DNA from: Marmoricola sp.
GTDB lineage: Bacteria; Actinomycetota; Actinomycetes; Propionibacteriales; Nocardioidaceae
Assembly: GCA_041618295.1 (NCBI GenBank)
Contig: JBFJNH010000011.1
Span: 2,317 to 66,316, forward strand
Length of the DNA stretch: 64,000 bases
Direction: 5' to 3'
Part shown: positions 1 to 9,507 of the stretch, piece after piece
Numbering within the stretch: the stretch's first letter is position 1
Layout of the letters: each line of letters begins with the position of its first letter
The notes under the pieces: model-generated
The model's database searches: none
What the model was told of the DNA's origin: nothing
Seen by the model: the letters and a program-made list of their open reading frames with translations, nothing else
Translations under genes and position numbers: made by a program

Positions 1-1
1 C

Positions 2-625
2 TTCGCGCAGAAGGGTCCCGACACCAAGGTCCTCTTCTTCCCCGACCAGCACCTGGGTCGGAACACCGCCGTCCTCAAGCTCGGGTTCTCCTTGGACGAC
101 TGCATCGTGTGGAACCCGCTCCTGCCGGGCGGCGGCAACACGCCCGAGCAGCTCCGCGCGGCCCGCGTGATCCTCTGGAAGGGACACTGCTCGGTGCACG
201 GCCGGTTCTCCGCCGAGGTCGTCGACGAGCTCCGCGCGACCGTTCCCGACGTCCAGATCCTGGTGCACCCCGAGTGCGCCCACGAGGTCGTCCTGAAGGC
301 GGACCTGGTCGGGTCGACCGAGTTCATCATCAACACCATCGAGGCTGCACCAGCCGGCTCGACCTGGGCGATCGGTACCGAGCTCAACCTGGTCAAGCGG
401 CTCGCCAACGCGCACCCCGACAAGAACATCGTCTTCCTCGACAAGACGGTCTGCTACTGCTCGACGATGAACCGGATCGACCTCCCGCACCTGGTCTGGG
501 CGCTGGAGTCCCTGGTGGCCGGCACCGTCGTCAACCAGATCGAGGTCGACGGCGAGACCGAGAAGTGGGCCAAGGTCGCGCTCCAGCGGATGCTCGACCT
601 GCCCGGGCGCTCGCACAAGGACTGA
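2..625 (+). CDS. nadA: Quinolinate synthase A, 3' part (gene begins before the window)
   Basis: Open frame from nt 2; motifs FFPDQHLGRN, WKGHCSVH, VHPEC, GSTEFII, GTELNLV, CYCSTMNRI. Confidence 0.93.
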   Translation, partial: FAQKGPDTKVLFFPDQHLGRNTAVLKLGFSLDDCIVWNPLLPGGGNTPEQLRAARVILWKGHCSVHGRFSAEVVDELRATVPDVQILVHPECAHEVVLKADLVGSTEFIINTIEAAPAGSTWAIGTELNLVKRLANAHPDKNIVFLDKTVCYCSTMNRIDLPHLVWALESLVAGTVVNQIEVDGETEKWAKVALQRMLDLPGRSHKD

Positions 626-642
626 ACGTTCCTCGGGCGTCC

Positions 643-1851
643 TCAGGGCACCGCCGGCAGCTCGAACCAGAGCGCCGCTCCACCGCCGGGTGCCGACTCG
701 ACACCGATCCGACCGCCGCGGGCCCGGATGATCCGGGCCGTCGTCGCCAGGCCGATGCCGTGGCCCGCCACGTCGCCCACCTCGCCGCGGAAGGCGAGCC
801 CGAACACCGCTTCACGATCCCGCTCGGGGATCCCGGGGCCGTTGTCGGCCACCGTGATCCGTGCGGTCCCGCCGTCGACCACACCGCTGACGTACACGTG
901 CGCGACCCCGTACGGCGCAGCGAACTTCACCGCGTTCGCGATCAGGTTCTGCAGCACCGCACGCACCTCGGTCTCGTGCCCGATGACCCGGGGCAGCGGT
1001 TTGACCTCGATCTTCGCATCGGCGACCGCCCCACCGAGGTCGTCGATCACCTGCTCGACCAGCCGCTCCACGTCGACCAGGACCGGTGGCACCGCCGAGC
1101 CGGCGACCGCGAAGTCGAGGAGGTCGGTGATCGCCCGCTGCATCCGGCGGCCGCCTGCCCGCGCGTGCTCCAGCAACGCCTGGGCGTCGGTCCCCAGCTC
1201 GGTCTCGTCCTCCAGCAGCTCCAGGGCGAGCTCGACCGCGGTCAGCGGGGCTTGCAGGTCGTGGCTGATCTGGCCGGCGAACGCCTCCAGCGATTCGTTG
1301 GAGCTGTGCAGCTCCCGGTGCGAGTCCGCGAGCCGGGTGAGCGCCCCGGCCAGCTCCAGTTGGGTGCGGCGCATCTCCAGCACGTCGACCACCGCCGCCG
1401 CCAGGGCCCGCCGCGCGGCCAGGTGCTCGTCGTTGACCTCGACCAGAGCCTGGTCGAAGGCGCAGATGGTGCCGATCACGGTCCCGGTCGGGGTCACCAG
1501 CCGGGCCGAGACGTAGGAGCGGATCGCAGCGATCTCCCCGGTCACGTACGGGCTGGCCGCGAACGGCATCTCCCGCGTCGCGTCGGTGACGACGTAGTTC
1601 TCGACGTCCTTCTCGATCACGGTGCTGCAGAAGGAGTGCTCCCGAGGAACCCGCAGGTGGTCCCGGTTCGTGGTCGCCACGTGGACGACGTCGGTGGTGG
1701 AGACCACGTTGACCTCGGCGACCGACATCCCGCACAACATGGCGGCGAGATCGGCGATCCGTTCGAGTGCCGGCAGGTCGTCGTCCCCGAGGATCGCGTA
1801 CGCGCGAAGCTCTGCCTCCCGCTCCAGGTCCCTCCTGGCCTCTGCCAACAC
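643..1851 (-). CDS. GAF-domain sensor histidine kinase (GAF + HisKA + HATPase_c)
   Basis: REHSFCSTVI GAF motif, ISHDLQAPL H-box, NLIANAVKF N-box, DNGPGI, GHGIGL; GTG start at 1851 chosen, ORF extends to 2064. Confidence 0.85.
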   Translation of the reverse strand: MLAEARRDLEREAELRAYAILGDDDLPALERIADLAAMLCGMSVAEVNVVSTTDVVHVATTNRDHLRVPREHSFCSTVIEKDVENYVVTDATREMPFAASPYVTGEIAAIRSYVSARLVTPTGTVIGTICAFDQALVEVNDEHLAARRALAAAVVDVLEMRRTQLELAGALTRLADSHRELHSSNESLEAFAGQISHDLQAPLTAVELALELLEDETELGTDAQALLEHARAGGRRMQRAITDLLDFAVAGSAVPPVLVDVERLVEQVIDDLGGAVADAKIEVKPLPRVIGHETEVRAVLQNLIANAVKFAAPYGVAHVYVSGVVDGGTARITVADNGPGIPERDREAVFGLAFRGEVGDVAGHGIGLATTARIIRARGGRIGVESAPGGGAALWFELPAVP

Positions 1852-1988
1852 GTCATAAGTGTCGCAAACCGGACCGTCGGCCGTCCCCGGTTCCGCTGGA
1901 CTGGCATCCGGGACGCCGACGCACGCCGCGAACCAGGGGCCGGGTAACCTGCACTCGATCCGTCCCTCTCCGCTGATAGGCAACGAAC

Positions 1989-2564
1989 GTGTTCGGTCGC
2001 ACCGAGAAGAACCAGACCCCCGTGGAGTCCACGGAGCCGGTCGCCGGCAAGGGCCGTCCCACACCCAGCCGCAAGGAAGCCGAGGCCGCGGCCCGGGAGC
2101 GCGCCCGGGCGAGCGTCGACAAGAAGGCCGCCCAGAAGCTGCTCCGCGAGCGCCGTGCCGAGGCCAACCGCAAGATGCGCGAAGGCATGAAGGCCGGGGA
2201 CGAGCGCTACCTGCCGGTCCGCGACCAGGGACCGGTGAAGCGGTTCGTCCGGGACTGGGTCGACTCCCGGCTCACGTTCGCGGAGTTCCTGCTGCCGATC
2301 CTGATCCTGATCATGATCGGGTCCAGCTTCGCCGAGCGCGGATCGACCGTCGAGGCGCTCGTCGGCTACCTGTGGACGGCGAGCATCCTGCTCCTGCTGA
2401 CCGACACCGTCCTGCTGAGGTTCCGGCTGAAGAAGGCGCTCAAGGCGAAGTTCCCGGACGAGAGCCTCAAGGGGACGACCTTCTACGCCTACATCCGGAT
2501 GCTTCAGGTCCGCTTCATGCGGATGCCGAAGCCGAAGGTGAAGCTCGGCGGGAAGCCGGTCTAA
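1989..2564 (+). CDS. DUF3043-type membrane protein
   Basis: GKGRPTPSRKEA, DERYLPVRDQGPVKRFVRDWVDSR followed by two hydrophobic helices. Confidence 0.8.
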   Translation: MFGRTEKNQTPVESTEPVAGKGRPTPSRKEAEAAARERARASVDKKAAQKLLRERRAEANRKMREGMKAGDERYLPVRDQGPVKRFVRDWVDSRLTFAEFLLPILILIMIGSSFAERGSTVEALVGYLWTASILLLLTDTVLLRFRLKKALKAKFPDESLKGTTFYAYIRMLQVRFMRMPKPKVKLGGKPV

Positions 2565-2812
2565 CCCGCCTCGAGCGACATCGGGCCGTAGACCTCGCGG
2601 TCACCCTCGAACAGGGTGACCGCGGCGACCCCCTCCTCGGCCAGGTCTGCCCAGAACTCCCCCACCCACGACTCCGCGTCGCTCCGGGTCGGGAACTCCT
2701 GGCGGCCGTCCTTCGGGTCGAGGACCCGTCCGTCGGCGTCGAGCGCCTGCCACCACCAGGGCACGGTCGGTGCCGGGCTCGAGAACGCACCGGGCTCAGG
2801 GACGTTGGTCAT
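2561..2812 (-). CDS. Small conserved actinobacterial hypothetical protein
   Basis: FPTRSDAESWVGEFW...VTLFEGDREVYGPMSL; starts 4 nt after the gcvT stop. Confidence 0.7.
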   Translation of the reverse strand: MTNVPEPGAFSSPAPTVPWWWQALDADGRVLDPKDGRQEFPTRSDAESWVGEFWADLAEEGVAAVTLFEGDREVYGPMSLEAG

Positions 2813-2816
2813 CGTT

Positions 2817-3929
2817 TCAGTCCTCTCGTACGCCGGGCTGGACGAACGGCGGTTTGGTCACCACGAACACCTCGGAGCGGCCGCGGACGTCGACGGTCAC
2901 CTGGGCGCCCTCGCCGACCTCCGTACTGATCAGGGCCAGCGCGACGCTCTTCTTCAGGGTGGGCGAGAACGTGCCCGAGGTGATCTCGCCGATCGGCTGG
3001 CCGTCAGCGCCGTGGACGGTCATGTGCGGGCGGGCGATCCCCCGCCCGGCGGCCACCAACCCGCGCAACGTGCGGGCCGGACCACGCTCCTTCTCGGCTG
3101 CCAGGCTCTCCTTGCCCCAGAACGCGGCCTTCTTCCAGCCGACGGCCCAGCCGAGGCGCGCCTGCACCGGGGTGATGGCGAGGCTGATGTCCTGACCGTG
3201 CAGCGGGTAGCCCATCTCGGTGCGCAGCGTGTCCCGGGCTCCGAGGCCGCAGGGCTGCACGCCGTACGCCGCACCGGTCTCGAGGAGGGCGTCCCAGAGC
3301 GCCGGCGCCACCTTGTTTTCAGCGATGAGCTCGTAGCCGCGTTCACCGGTGTAGCCGGTCCGGCAGACGACGACGTCGGCGTCCCCGAACGGCGCCTCGA
3401 CGAACGCCATGTAGTCCAGCCGGTCCGCATCACCACCGACCGGGAAGCCGAGGGCGGCCAGCACCTCGTCGGACTTCGTGCCCTGGACCGCGAGGACGCA
3501 GTGGGTCTCGTGGTGATCGGTGATGGTGATGCCCGCGGGCGCCCTCGCCTGCAACCGGCGGGCGACCTCGGCGGTGTTGGACGCGTTCGGGACCAGCAGC
3601 AGGTGATCGTCGGCCTTGAGGTAGACGATCAGGTCGTCGACGACACCGCCCGTCTCCTCGTCGCAGCACAGCGTGTACTGCGCCTGCCCCGGCGCGATCC
3701 GACCCAGGTCGTTGGTGAAGCAGGAGTTGAGGAACTCCAGCGCGCCGGAACCGCGGACGACCAGCTTGCCGAGGTGGCTGACGTCGAAGACGCCGACCGC
3801 CTCGCGGACCGCGGTGTGCTCGGGAACGACGCCGGCGTACTGCAGCGGCATCTCCCAGCCGCCGAACTCGGAGAACTTGGCCCCGAGGGCCTGATGACGG
3901 TCGTGCAGCGCTGACTGCTTGAGAGACAT
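2817..3929 (-). CDS. gcvT: Glycine cleavage system aminomethyltransferase T
   Basis: [50 protein letters not shown]. Confidence 0.96.
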   Translation of the reverse strand: MSLKQSALHDRHQALGAKFSEFGGWEMPLQYAGVVPEHTAVREAVGVFDVSHLGKLVVRGSGALEFLNSCFTNDLGRIAPGQAQYTLCCDEETGGVVDDLIVYLKADDHLLLVPNASNTAEVARRLQARAPAGITITDHHETHCVLAVQGTKSDEVLAALGFPVGGDADRLDYMAFVEAPFGDADVVVCRTGYTGERGYELIAENKVAPALWDALLETGAAYGVQPCGLGARDTLRTEMGYPLHGQDISLAITPVQARLGWAVGWKKAAFWGKESLAAEKERGPARTLRGLVAAGRGIARPHMTVHGADGQPIGEITSGTFSPTLKKSVALALISTEVGEGAQVTVDVRGRSEVFVVTKPPFVQPGVRED

Positions 3930-3958
3930 GCGCAGAAGTTACCGCAGGCCGCCGCGCG

Positions 3959-4136
3959 GCTCGGGCACTCGGTGGTCGTCGCTGCGCTCCTCATCGCTCC
4001 GCCGGCACCGGAGCAAGCTCCGTGCGGCTCCGCTCGTTCGCGTAGCCTCGACCCGTGATCGTCGCTGCGCTCCTCAACGGGATCTCGGCCACTCGACCAC
4101 GAGCAAGCTCGGGCACTCGGTAGCCTCGACCCGTGA
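3959..4136 (+). repeat. Tandem copies of an interspersed REP-like element (motifs GTCGCTGCGCTCCTCA and GAGCAAGCTC)
   Basis: Motifs at 3977-3993, 4011-4020, 4042-4079, 4100-4136; matching copies at 10903-11037 (minus) and 12522-12615. Confidence 0.8.
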
Positions 4137-5641
4137 CGACCTACACCTTGCGCAAGGGTTCGGCCGACAAGGTCCGCACCGACCTCGTCGTCATCGGCGT
4201 CTGCACCGGGAAAGGCGGCGTGGTCGCCGCTCCGGGCGGCGAACCGGTGGCCACGTCGTACGGACGGGGTTTCGCGCCGCTGCTGTCGTCGCTGGGTTTC
4301 ACCGGTTCGTTCGGCGAGACCGCCCGAGTCCCCACGCACGGCCACCTCAACGCCGGCCAGCTGTTGCTCGTCGGGCTCGGCGACCGGGACACCCTGACCA
4401 CGGAGAAGGTACGGCGGGCCGCGGGCGTCGCCGCCCGCAACGTCGGCAACACCGCGTCGGTCGCGCTGGCGCTCCCTGCCGTCGACGGCGACCACATCCG
4501 CGCGGTCGTCGACGGCTTCGCCTCCGGCCTGTACCGGTTTACCGCCTTCACCTCGACGTCGGGCGGATCGAGGTCACGGGGCGGCAAGTCCGGCAGCGTG
4601 GCGGACGTGGTCATCCTCAGCGACGCCGCCCGCCGCGCCGACGCCCTCGCCGCACTGCGCACCGCGACGGTCCTCGCCGACGTCACCAGCACGGCGCGGG
4701 ACTGGGTCAACACGCCGCCGAACGCACTGGTCCCGACCGCGTTCGCCGCGGCGATCAAGAAGCTCAACGCCACCTCAGCGGTGGGCTACGAGCTGCTCAC
4801 CGCCGCCCAGCTGAAGAAGCTGGGGGCCGGCGGCATCCTCGGCGTGGGCCAGGGCTCGGCGAACCCCCCGTGCCTGGTCAAGCTGACCTGGGCGCCGAAG
4901 GACCCGCGCGGCTCGGTGGCCCTGGTCGGCAAGGGCATCACGTTCGACTCCGGCGGCCTGACCATCAAGCCGGGCGGTTCGATGCCCGCGATGAAGTCGG
5001 ACATGGCCGGTGCCGCTGCGGTCGCCGCCGCGATCCACGCGATCGCCGAGCTCGAGATCCCGGTGGCCGTGACCGCCTACCTGCCGCTGGCCGAGAACAT
5101 GGTCGGCGGTTCGTCGATGCGCCCCGGCGACGTCCTGACGATGCTGTCGAAGCAGACCGTCGAGGTGACCAACACCGACGCCGAGGGACGGCTGATCCTG
5201 GCCGACGCGCTCACGATGGCGGTCCGTGACGAGCCGGACGCGATCATCGACGTGGCCACCCTCACCGGGGCCTGCGTCGTGGCCCTCGGCGACCGGATCG
5301 CGGGACTCTTCGGCGACACCCAGACCGTGGCCGCCGTCGAGGCCGCCGCCGATCGTACCGGCGAGCTGTACTGGCACCTGCCGATCCCCGAGGAGCAGCG
5401 CCGCAGCGTCCGCACCGAGAGCAAGGTCGCCGACCTGCTCCAGGCGAACTGGGTCCGTTGGGGCGGTGCCCTGTACGCGGCAGCCTTCCTGGAGGCCTTC
5501 ACCGGGGACGTGCCGTGGGCTCACCTGGACATCGCCGGGCCGAGCTACAACACCGGCGGCCCGTGGGGACAGATGCCCAGCGGCGCCACCGGCTTCGCGA
5601 CCAGCACGCTGGTCGAGTACGTCGCGTCGATCGCCGGCTGA
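4133..5641 (+). CDS. pepA: Leucyl aminopeptidase (M17)
   Basis: LVGKGITFDSGG, MKSDMAG, NTDAEGRL, DVATLTGA, WAHLDIAG. Confidence 0.95.
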   Translation: MTTYTLRKGSADKVRTDLVVIGVCTGKGGVVAAPGGEPVATSYGRGFAPLLSSLGFTGSFGETARVPTHGHLNAGQLLLVGLGDRDTLTTEKVRRAAGVAARNVGNTASVALALPAVDGDHIRAVVDGFASGLYRFTAFTSTSGGSRSRGGKSGSVADVVILSDAARRADALAALRTATVLADVTSTARDWVNTPPNALVPTAFAAAIKKLNATSAVGYELLTAAQLKKLGAGGILGVGQGSANPPCLVKLTWAPKDPRGSVALVGKGITFDSGGLTIKPGGSMPAMKSDMAGAAAVAAAIHAIAELEIPVAVTAYLPLAENMVGGSSMRPGDVLTMLSKQTVEVTNTDAEGRLILADALTMAVRDEPDAIIDVATLTGACVVALGDRIAGLFGDTQTVAAVEAAADRTGELYWHLPIPEEQRRSVRTESKVADLLQANWVRWGGALYAAAFLEAFTGDVPWAHLDIAGPSYNTGGPWGQMPSGATGFATSTLVEYVASIAG

Positions 5642-5651
5642 CCGCCCGGGC

Positions 5652-6029
5652 TCAGCCAGCCGGTGGCGGGGAGGAGAACGGGTTCGGCGCCTTCTGCCGC
5701 TTCTGCCGGTTGTTGTAGTCCCGCATCCGCTGCGGGATGCCGACCACGGCCGCGTCGTACGACGGGATCCCGAGCTTGTTGGCGAAGTCGTGCGCCCACT
5801 GGACCGACTGCACCCGGCGCCGGGTCCACTCACCGTCGTGGGCGACCAGGAGCAGGGTCACCTCGCTGACCGTCGTCCGCGGTTCCACGAACCCCTCGAC
5901 GCCGCGACGGCTCGAGATCCACTCCTTGAGGTGACGGACGTCGGCCGAATCCGCGGCGCGCACGGTCGATCCGGTGGGTCCGCCACGGGTCATGCCTTCG
6001 CGGCGGCGGAATCGATCGAACAGGCCCAT
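5652..6029 (-). CDS. Conserved actinobacterial hypothetical protein
   Basis: EGFVEPRTTV..LLVAHDGEWTRRRV..YDAAVVGIPQRMRDYN; ATG at 6029 preceded by CACAAT-N7. Confidence 0.75.
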   Translation of the reverse strand: MGLFDRFRRREGMTRGGPTGSTVRAADSADVRHLKEWISSRRGVEGFVEPRTTVSEVTLLLVAHDGEWTRRRVQSVQWAHDFANKLGIPSYDAAVVGIPQRMRDYNNRQKRQKAPNPFSSPPPAG

Positions 6030-6160
6030 GGAGGCAATTGTGCGGCATGGCCGGTGAAGGCGCCCCACCGACCTCGCCCTGCGCGTGTCGCCCCCGTGGT
6101 GGACACGGCCGGAAGAAGTGCAAGGATGACCAGGTCAACACGCGAGCGAGCGGAGGGACC

Positions 6161-7555
6161 GTGGCGGACGCCAACCACGTCGATGTGGTGATCCTGGGCG
6201 CAGGGTCCGGCGGCTACGCATGTGCGCTCCGCGCCGCGCAGCTCGGTCTGTCGGTCGTCCTGGTCGAGAAGCACGACCTCGGTGGCACCTGCCTGCACGT
6301 CGGCTGCATCCCGACGAAGGCGCTGCTGCACGCGGCCGAGATCGCCGATGCGGCCCGCGACTCCGAGCAGTTCGGGGTCCGAGTGACCTTCGAGGGCATC
6401 GACATGGCCGCGGTCAACGCCTACAAGGACGGTGTCGTCCAACGCCTCTTCAAGGGCCTGACCGGACTGATCAACGGCCGCGGGATCACCGTTGCCGCCG
6501 GATCGGGACGCCTGGTCGCCCCGAACACGGTCGAGGTCACCGGCGCCGCGGGCACCACGTCGTACGTGGGGAAGAACGTGGTGCTGGCCAGCGGCTCCTA
6601 CGCGCGCAGCCTGCCCGGTCTGGAGATCGACGGCGACCGGGTGATCACCTCCGAGCACGCGCTCAAGCTCGACCGGGTACCGGCGTCCGTGGTGGTCCTG
6701 GGCGGTGGGGTCATCGGGTGCGAGTTCGCGAGCGTGTGGCGCTCCTTCGGCGCCGAGGTGACCATCGTCGAAGCGCTGCCACGGCTGATGGCGGCCGAGG
6801 ACGCCGACTCCTCGAAGCATCTCGAGCGCGCGTTCCGGAAGCGCAAGATCAAGGCGCTGACCGGCAAGCCGTTCCAGAAGGTCGAGCTGACCGAGAGCGG
6901 GGTCCGGGTACACGTCGAGGGCGCCGAGCCGATCGAAGCCGACCTGCTGCTCGTCGCCGTGGGTCGCGGGCCGACCACCGAAGGCCTCGGCTACGACGAG
7001 CAGGGGATCGCGATGGACCGCGGCTTCGTCCTCACCGACGAGCGACTGCGGACCAACGTCCCCGGGATCTACGCCGTCGGCGACATCGTGCCCGGTCTCC
7101 AGCTGGCCCACCGCGGCTTCGCCCACGGGATCTTCGTGGCCGAGGAGATCGCCGGACTCACCCCGACGCCGATCGACGACTCCGGGATCCCCCGGGTCAC
7201 CTACTGCGATCCGGAGCTCGCCTCGGTCGGCCTGACCGAGGCGCAGGCCCGCGAGCGCGAGGGCGACGAGGCCATCGAGACCCTCGTCTACGACCTCGGC
7301 GGCAACGGCAAGAGCCAGATCTTGAAGACGCAGGGCAGCGTCAAGCTCGTCCGCCGCAAGGAGGGCCCGGTCCTCGGCGTCCACCTCGTCGGCGCCCGCG
7401 TCGGCGAGCTCATCGGCGAAGCCCAGCTGATCTACAACTGGGAGGCGTTCCCCGCGGACGTCGCCCCGTTGGTGCACGCCCACCCGACCCAGAACGAAGC
7501 CCTCGGCGAGGCCCACCTGGCCCTCGCCGGCAAGCCCCTGCACGCACACTCCTGA
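6161..7555 (+). CDS. lpdA: Dihydrolipoamide dehydrogenase (E3), sucB-linked copy
   Basis: GAGSGGY Rossmann motif, GGTCLHVGCIP disulfide, HPTQNE; GTG after GGAGG. Confidence 0.95.
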   Translation: MADANHVDVVILGAGSGGYACALRAAQLGLSVVLVEKHDLGGTCLHVGCIPTKALLHAAEIADAARDSEQFGVRVTFEGIDMAAVNAYKDGVVQRLFKGLTGLINGRGITVAAGSGRLVAPNTVEVTGAAGTTSYVGKNVVLASGSYARSLPGLEIDGDRVITSEHALKLDRVPASVVVLGGGVIGCEFASVWRSFGAEVTIVEALPRLMAAEDADSSKHLERAFRKRKIKALTGKPFQKVELTESGVRVHVEGAEPIEADLLLVAVGRGPTTEGLGYDEQGIAMDRGFVLTDERLRTNVPGIYAVGDIVPGLQLAHRGFAHGIFVAEEIAGLTPTPIDDSGIPRVTYCDPELASVGLTEAQAREREGDEAIETLVYDLGGNGKSQILKTQGSVKLVRRKEGPVLGVHLVGARVGELIGEAQLIYNWEAFPADVAPLVHAHPTQNEALGEAHLALAGKPLHAHS

Positions 7556-7582
7556 GCACACCTCACGACCCGAAGGACCCAC

Positions 7583-9349
7583 ATGTCGACTCCCGTCACC
7601 CTTCCCGCGCTCGGCGAATCCGTCACCGAGGGAACTGTCACGCGCTGGCTCAAGCAGGTCGGCGACACGGTGACGGTCGACGAGCCGCTGCTCGAGGTCT
7701 CCACCGACAAGGTCGACACCGAGATCCCCTCGCCGGTCGCCGGGGTGATCCTGTCGATCGACGCCGCTGAGGACGAGACCGTGGAGGTCGGCGCCCAGCT
7801 CTGCGTCATCGGCGACGCCGGCGAAGCCGGTGGCAGCGCCCCGGCGCCCGCCGCTGCCGAAGCCCCCGCCGCCCCGGCCGAGCCCGCCGCTCCCGCCGAA
7901 GCCCCCGCGGAGCCCGCCGCCCCGGCTGCCCCCGAACCGGTTGCCGCTGCAGAACCGGCCGCTCCGGCGCCGGCTGCCGCGTCCGCTGACGCGGGCACGT
8001 CGGTCACTCTTCCCGCGCTCGGCGAATCCGTGACCGAGGGGACCGTCACCCGCTGGCTCAAGCAGGTCGGCGATGCCGTCGCCGTCGACGAGCCGCTGCT
8101 CGAGGTCTCCACCGACAAGGTCGACACCGAGATCCCCTCGCCGGTCGCCGGGACGCTGCTCGCGATCCGGGTGAACGAGGACGAGACGGTGGAGGTCGGC
8201 GCCGAACTGGCCGTGATCGGAGCGGCCGGTGCTGCTCCGGCGCCCGCGGCCCCGGCGGAGCCTGCTCCGGCCGCACCGGTCGCGGAGGCTCCCGCGCCTG
8301 CAGCCCCGGCGGCTGCGCCGGCTGCTCCCCCGGCTGCTCCCCCGGCCGCTCCGGCCGCTCCGGCTGCTGCCCCGGCCCCACCGGTGGCCCCGCCCGCTGC
8401 TCCTGCCCCGGCGCCCGCTGCCCCCGCCGGCGACGGCGGCGGGAACTACGTCACTCCGCTGGTCCGCAAGATGGCCGCCGAGCACGGCGTCGACCTCGCC
8501 TCGGTCACCGGCACCGGGGTCGGCGGCCGGATCCGCAAGCAGGACGTCCTGGCTGCTGCGGAGGCCAAGAGGTCCGCTGCCCCCGCGGCAGCACCGGCGG
8601 CCTCAACCCCGGCCGCGGCCCCGTCGGCACCCAGCCCGCTGCGCGGGACCACCGAGAGCATCAGCCGACTCCGCCGAGTGATCGCGGAGCGGATGACTGA
8701 GTCGCTGCACATCTCGGCCCAGCTGACCCAGGTGATGGAGGTCGACGTCACCAACGTCGCGCGCCTCCGCGAGTCCGCCAAGGCCGACTTCCTGGCACGC
8801 GAGGGCGTGAAGCTCACCTACCTGCCCTTCTTCGCGAAGGCGGCGATCGATGCACTCAAGTCGCACCCGAAGCTGAACGCCCACCTGAACCTCGAGGCGG
8901 GCGAGATCACCTACTTCGACCGCGAGAACGTCGCGTTCGCCGTGGACACCGAGCGAGGCCTGCTCACCCCGGTGGTCAAGGACGCCGGCGACCTGTCGAT
9001 CGCCGGACTCGCCAAGAAGATCGCCGACCTCGCCGAGCGGACCCGGACCAACAAGATCACCCCGGACGACCTGACCGGCGGCACCTTCACGATCACCAAC
9101 CTGGGCAGCTTCGGGGCCCTCTTCGACACCCCCATCATCAACCAGCCGCAGGTGGCGATCCTCGGTCCCGGCGCCGTGGTGAAGCGGCCCGTGGTGATCG
9201 ACGACCCCAACCTCGGCGAGACGATCGCGGTCCGGCACATGGTCAACCTGGCGCTGACCTACGACCACCGCCTGGTCGACGGCGCCGACGCCGGCCGCTT
9301 CCTCCAGGACGTGAAGGCGCGACTGGAAGCCGCTCAGTTCGAGGTCTGA
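7583..9349 (+). CDS. sucB: 2-oxoacid dehydrogenase E2 with two lipoyl domains
   Basis: Two near-identical lipoyl domains ([14 protein letters not shown]), Pro/Ala linkers, E3-binding [13 protein letters not shown], catalytic YDHRLVDG. Confidence 0.95.
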   Translation: MSTPVTLPALGESVTEGTVTRWLKQVGDTVTVDEPLLEVSTDKVDTEIPSPVAGVILSIDAAEDETVEVGAQLCVIGDAGEAGGSAPAPAAAEAPAAPAEPAAPAEAPAEPAAPAAPEPVAAAEPAAPAPAAASADAGTSVTLPALGESVTEGTVTRWLKQVGDAVAVDEPLLEVSTDKVDTEIPSPVAGTLLAIRVNEDETVEVGAELAVIGAAGAAPAPAAPAEPAPAAPVAEAPAPAAPAAAPAAPPAAPPAAPAAPAAAPAPPVAPPAAPAPAPAAPAGDGGGNYVTPLVRKMAAEHGVDLASVTGTGVGGRIRKQDVLAAAEAKRSAAPAAAPAASTPAAAPSAPSPLRGTTESISRLRRVIAERMTESLHISAQLTQVMEVDVTNVARLRESAKADFLAREGVKLTYLPFFAKAAIDALKSHPKLNAHLNLEAGEITYFDRENVAFAVDTERGLLTPVVKDAGDLSIAGLAKKIADLAERTRTNKITPDDLTGGTFTITNLGSFGALFDTPIINQPQVAILGPGAVVKRPVVIDDPNLGETIAVRHMVNLALTYDHRLVDGADAGRFLQDVKARLEAAQFEV

Positions 9350-9354
9350 CGGGA

Positions 9355-9507
9355 GCCCTTCGAGACGGGCCCAACGGCCCTCCTCAGGGACCCACGGGGA
9401 GCGGACGGAACCACCGCCCGCGCTTCGCCGCACGCGCGGAGCGCGCCATTCCGCACAACGTTCATGTGGCCCGGGCACATGGTCGGCTCTGAGGGAGCGA
9501 AGCGACC
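9355..9507. repeat. REP-like/hairpin-rich spacer between convergent sucB and lpdA
   Basis: CTTCGAGACGGGCC..GGCCCTCCTCAG and GAGGGAGCGAAGCGAC, the reverse complement of the GTCGCTTCGCTCC motif. Confidence 0.5.

Noticed and set aside
3930-4132. Possible glycine riboswitch or CRISPR-like array upstream of gcvT
   Set aside because: gcvT appears leaderless and no aptamer motif is seen; repeats are irregular and degenerate, without constant spacers or cas genes
7820-8640. Low-complexity GCC/CCG repeats
   Set aside because: Normal Pro/Ala linkers of the E2 subunit
9367-9380. DosR-like 14-mer GGGCCCAACGGCCC
   Set aside because: Lies in a repeat between convergent genes with no promoter geometry; shows that single matches can be chance
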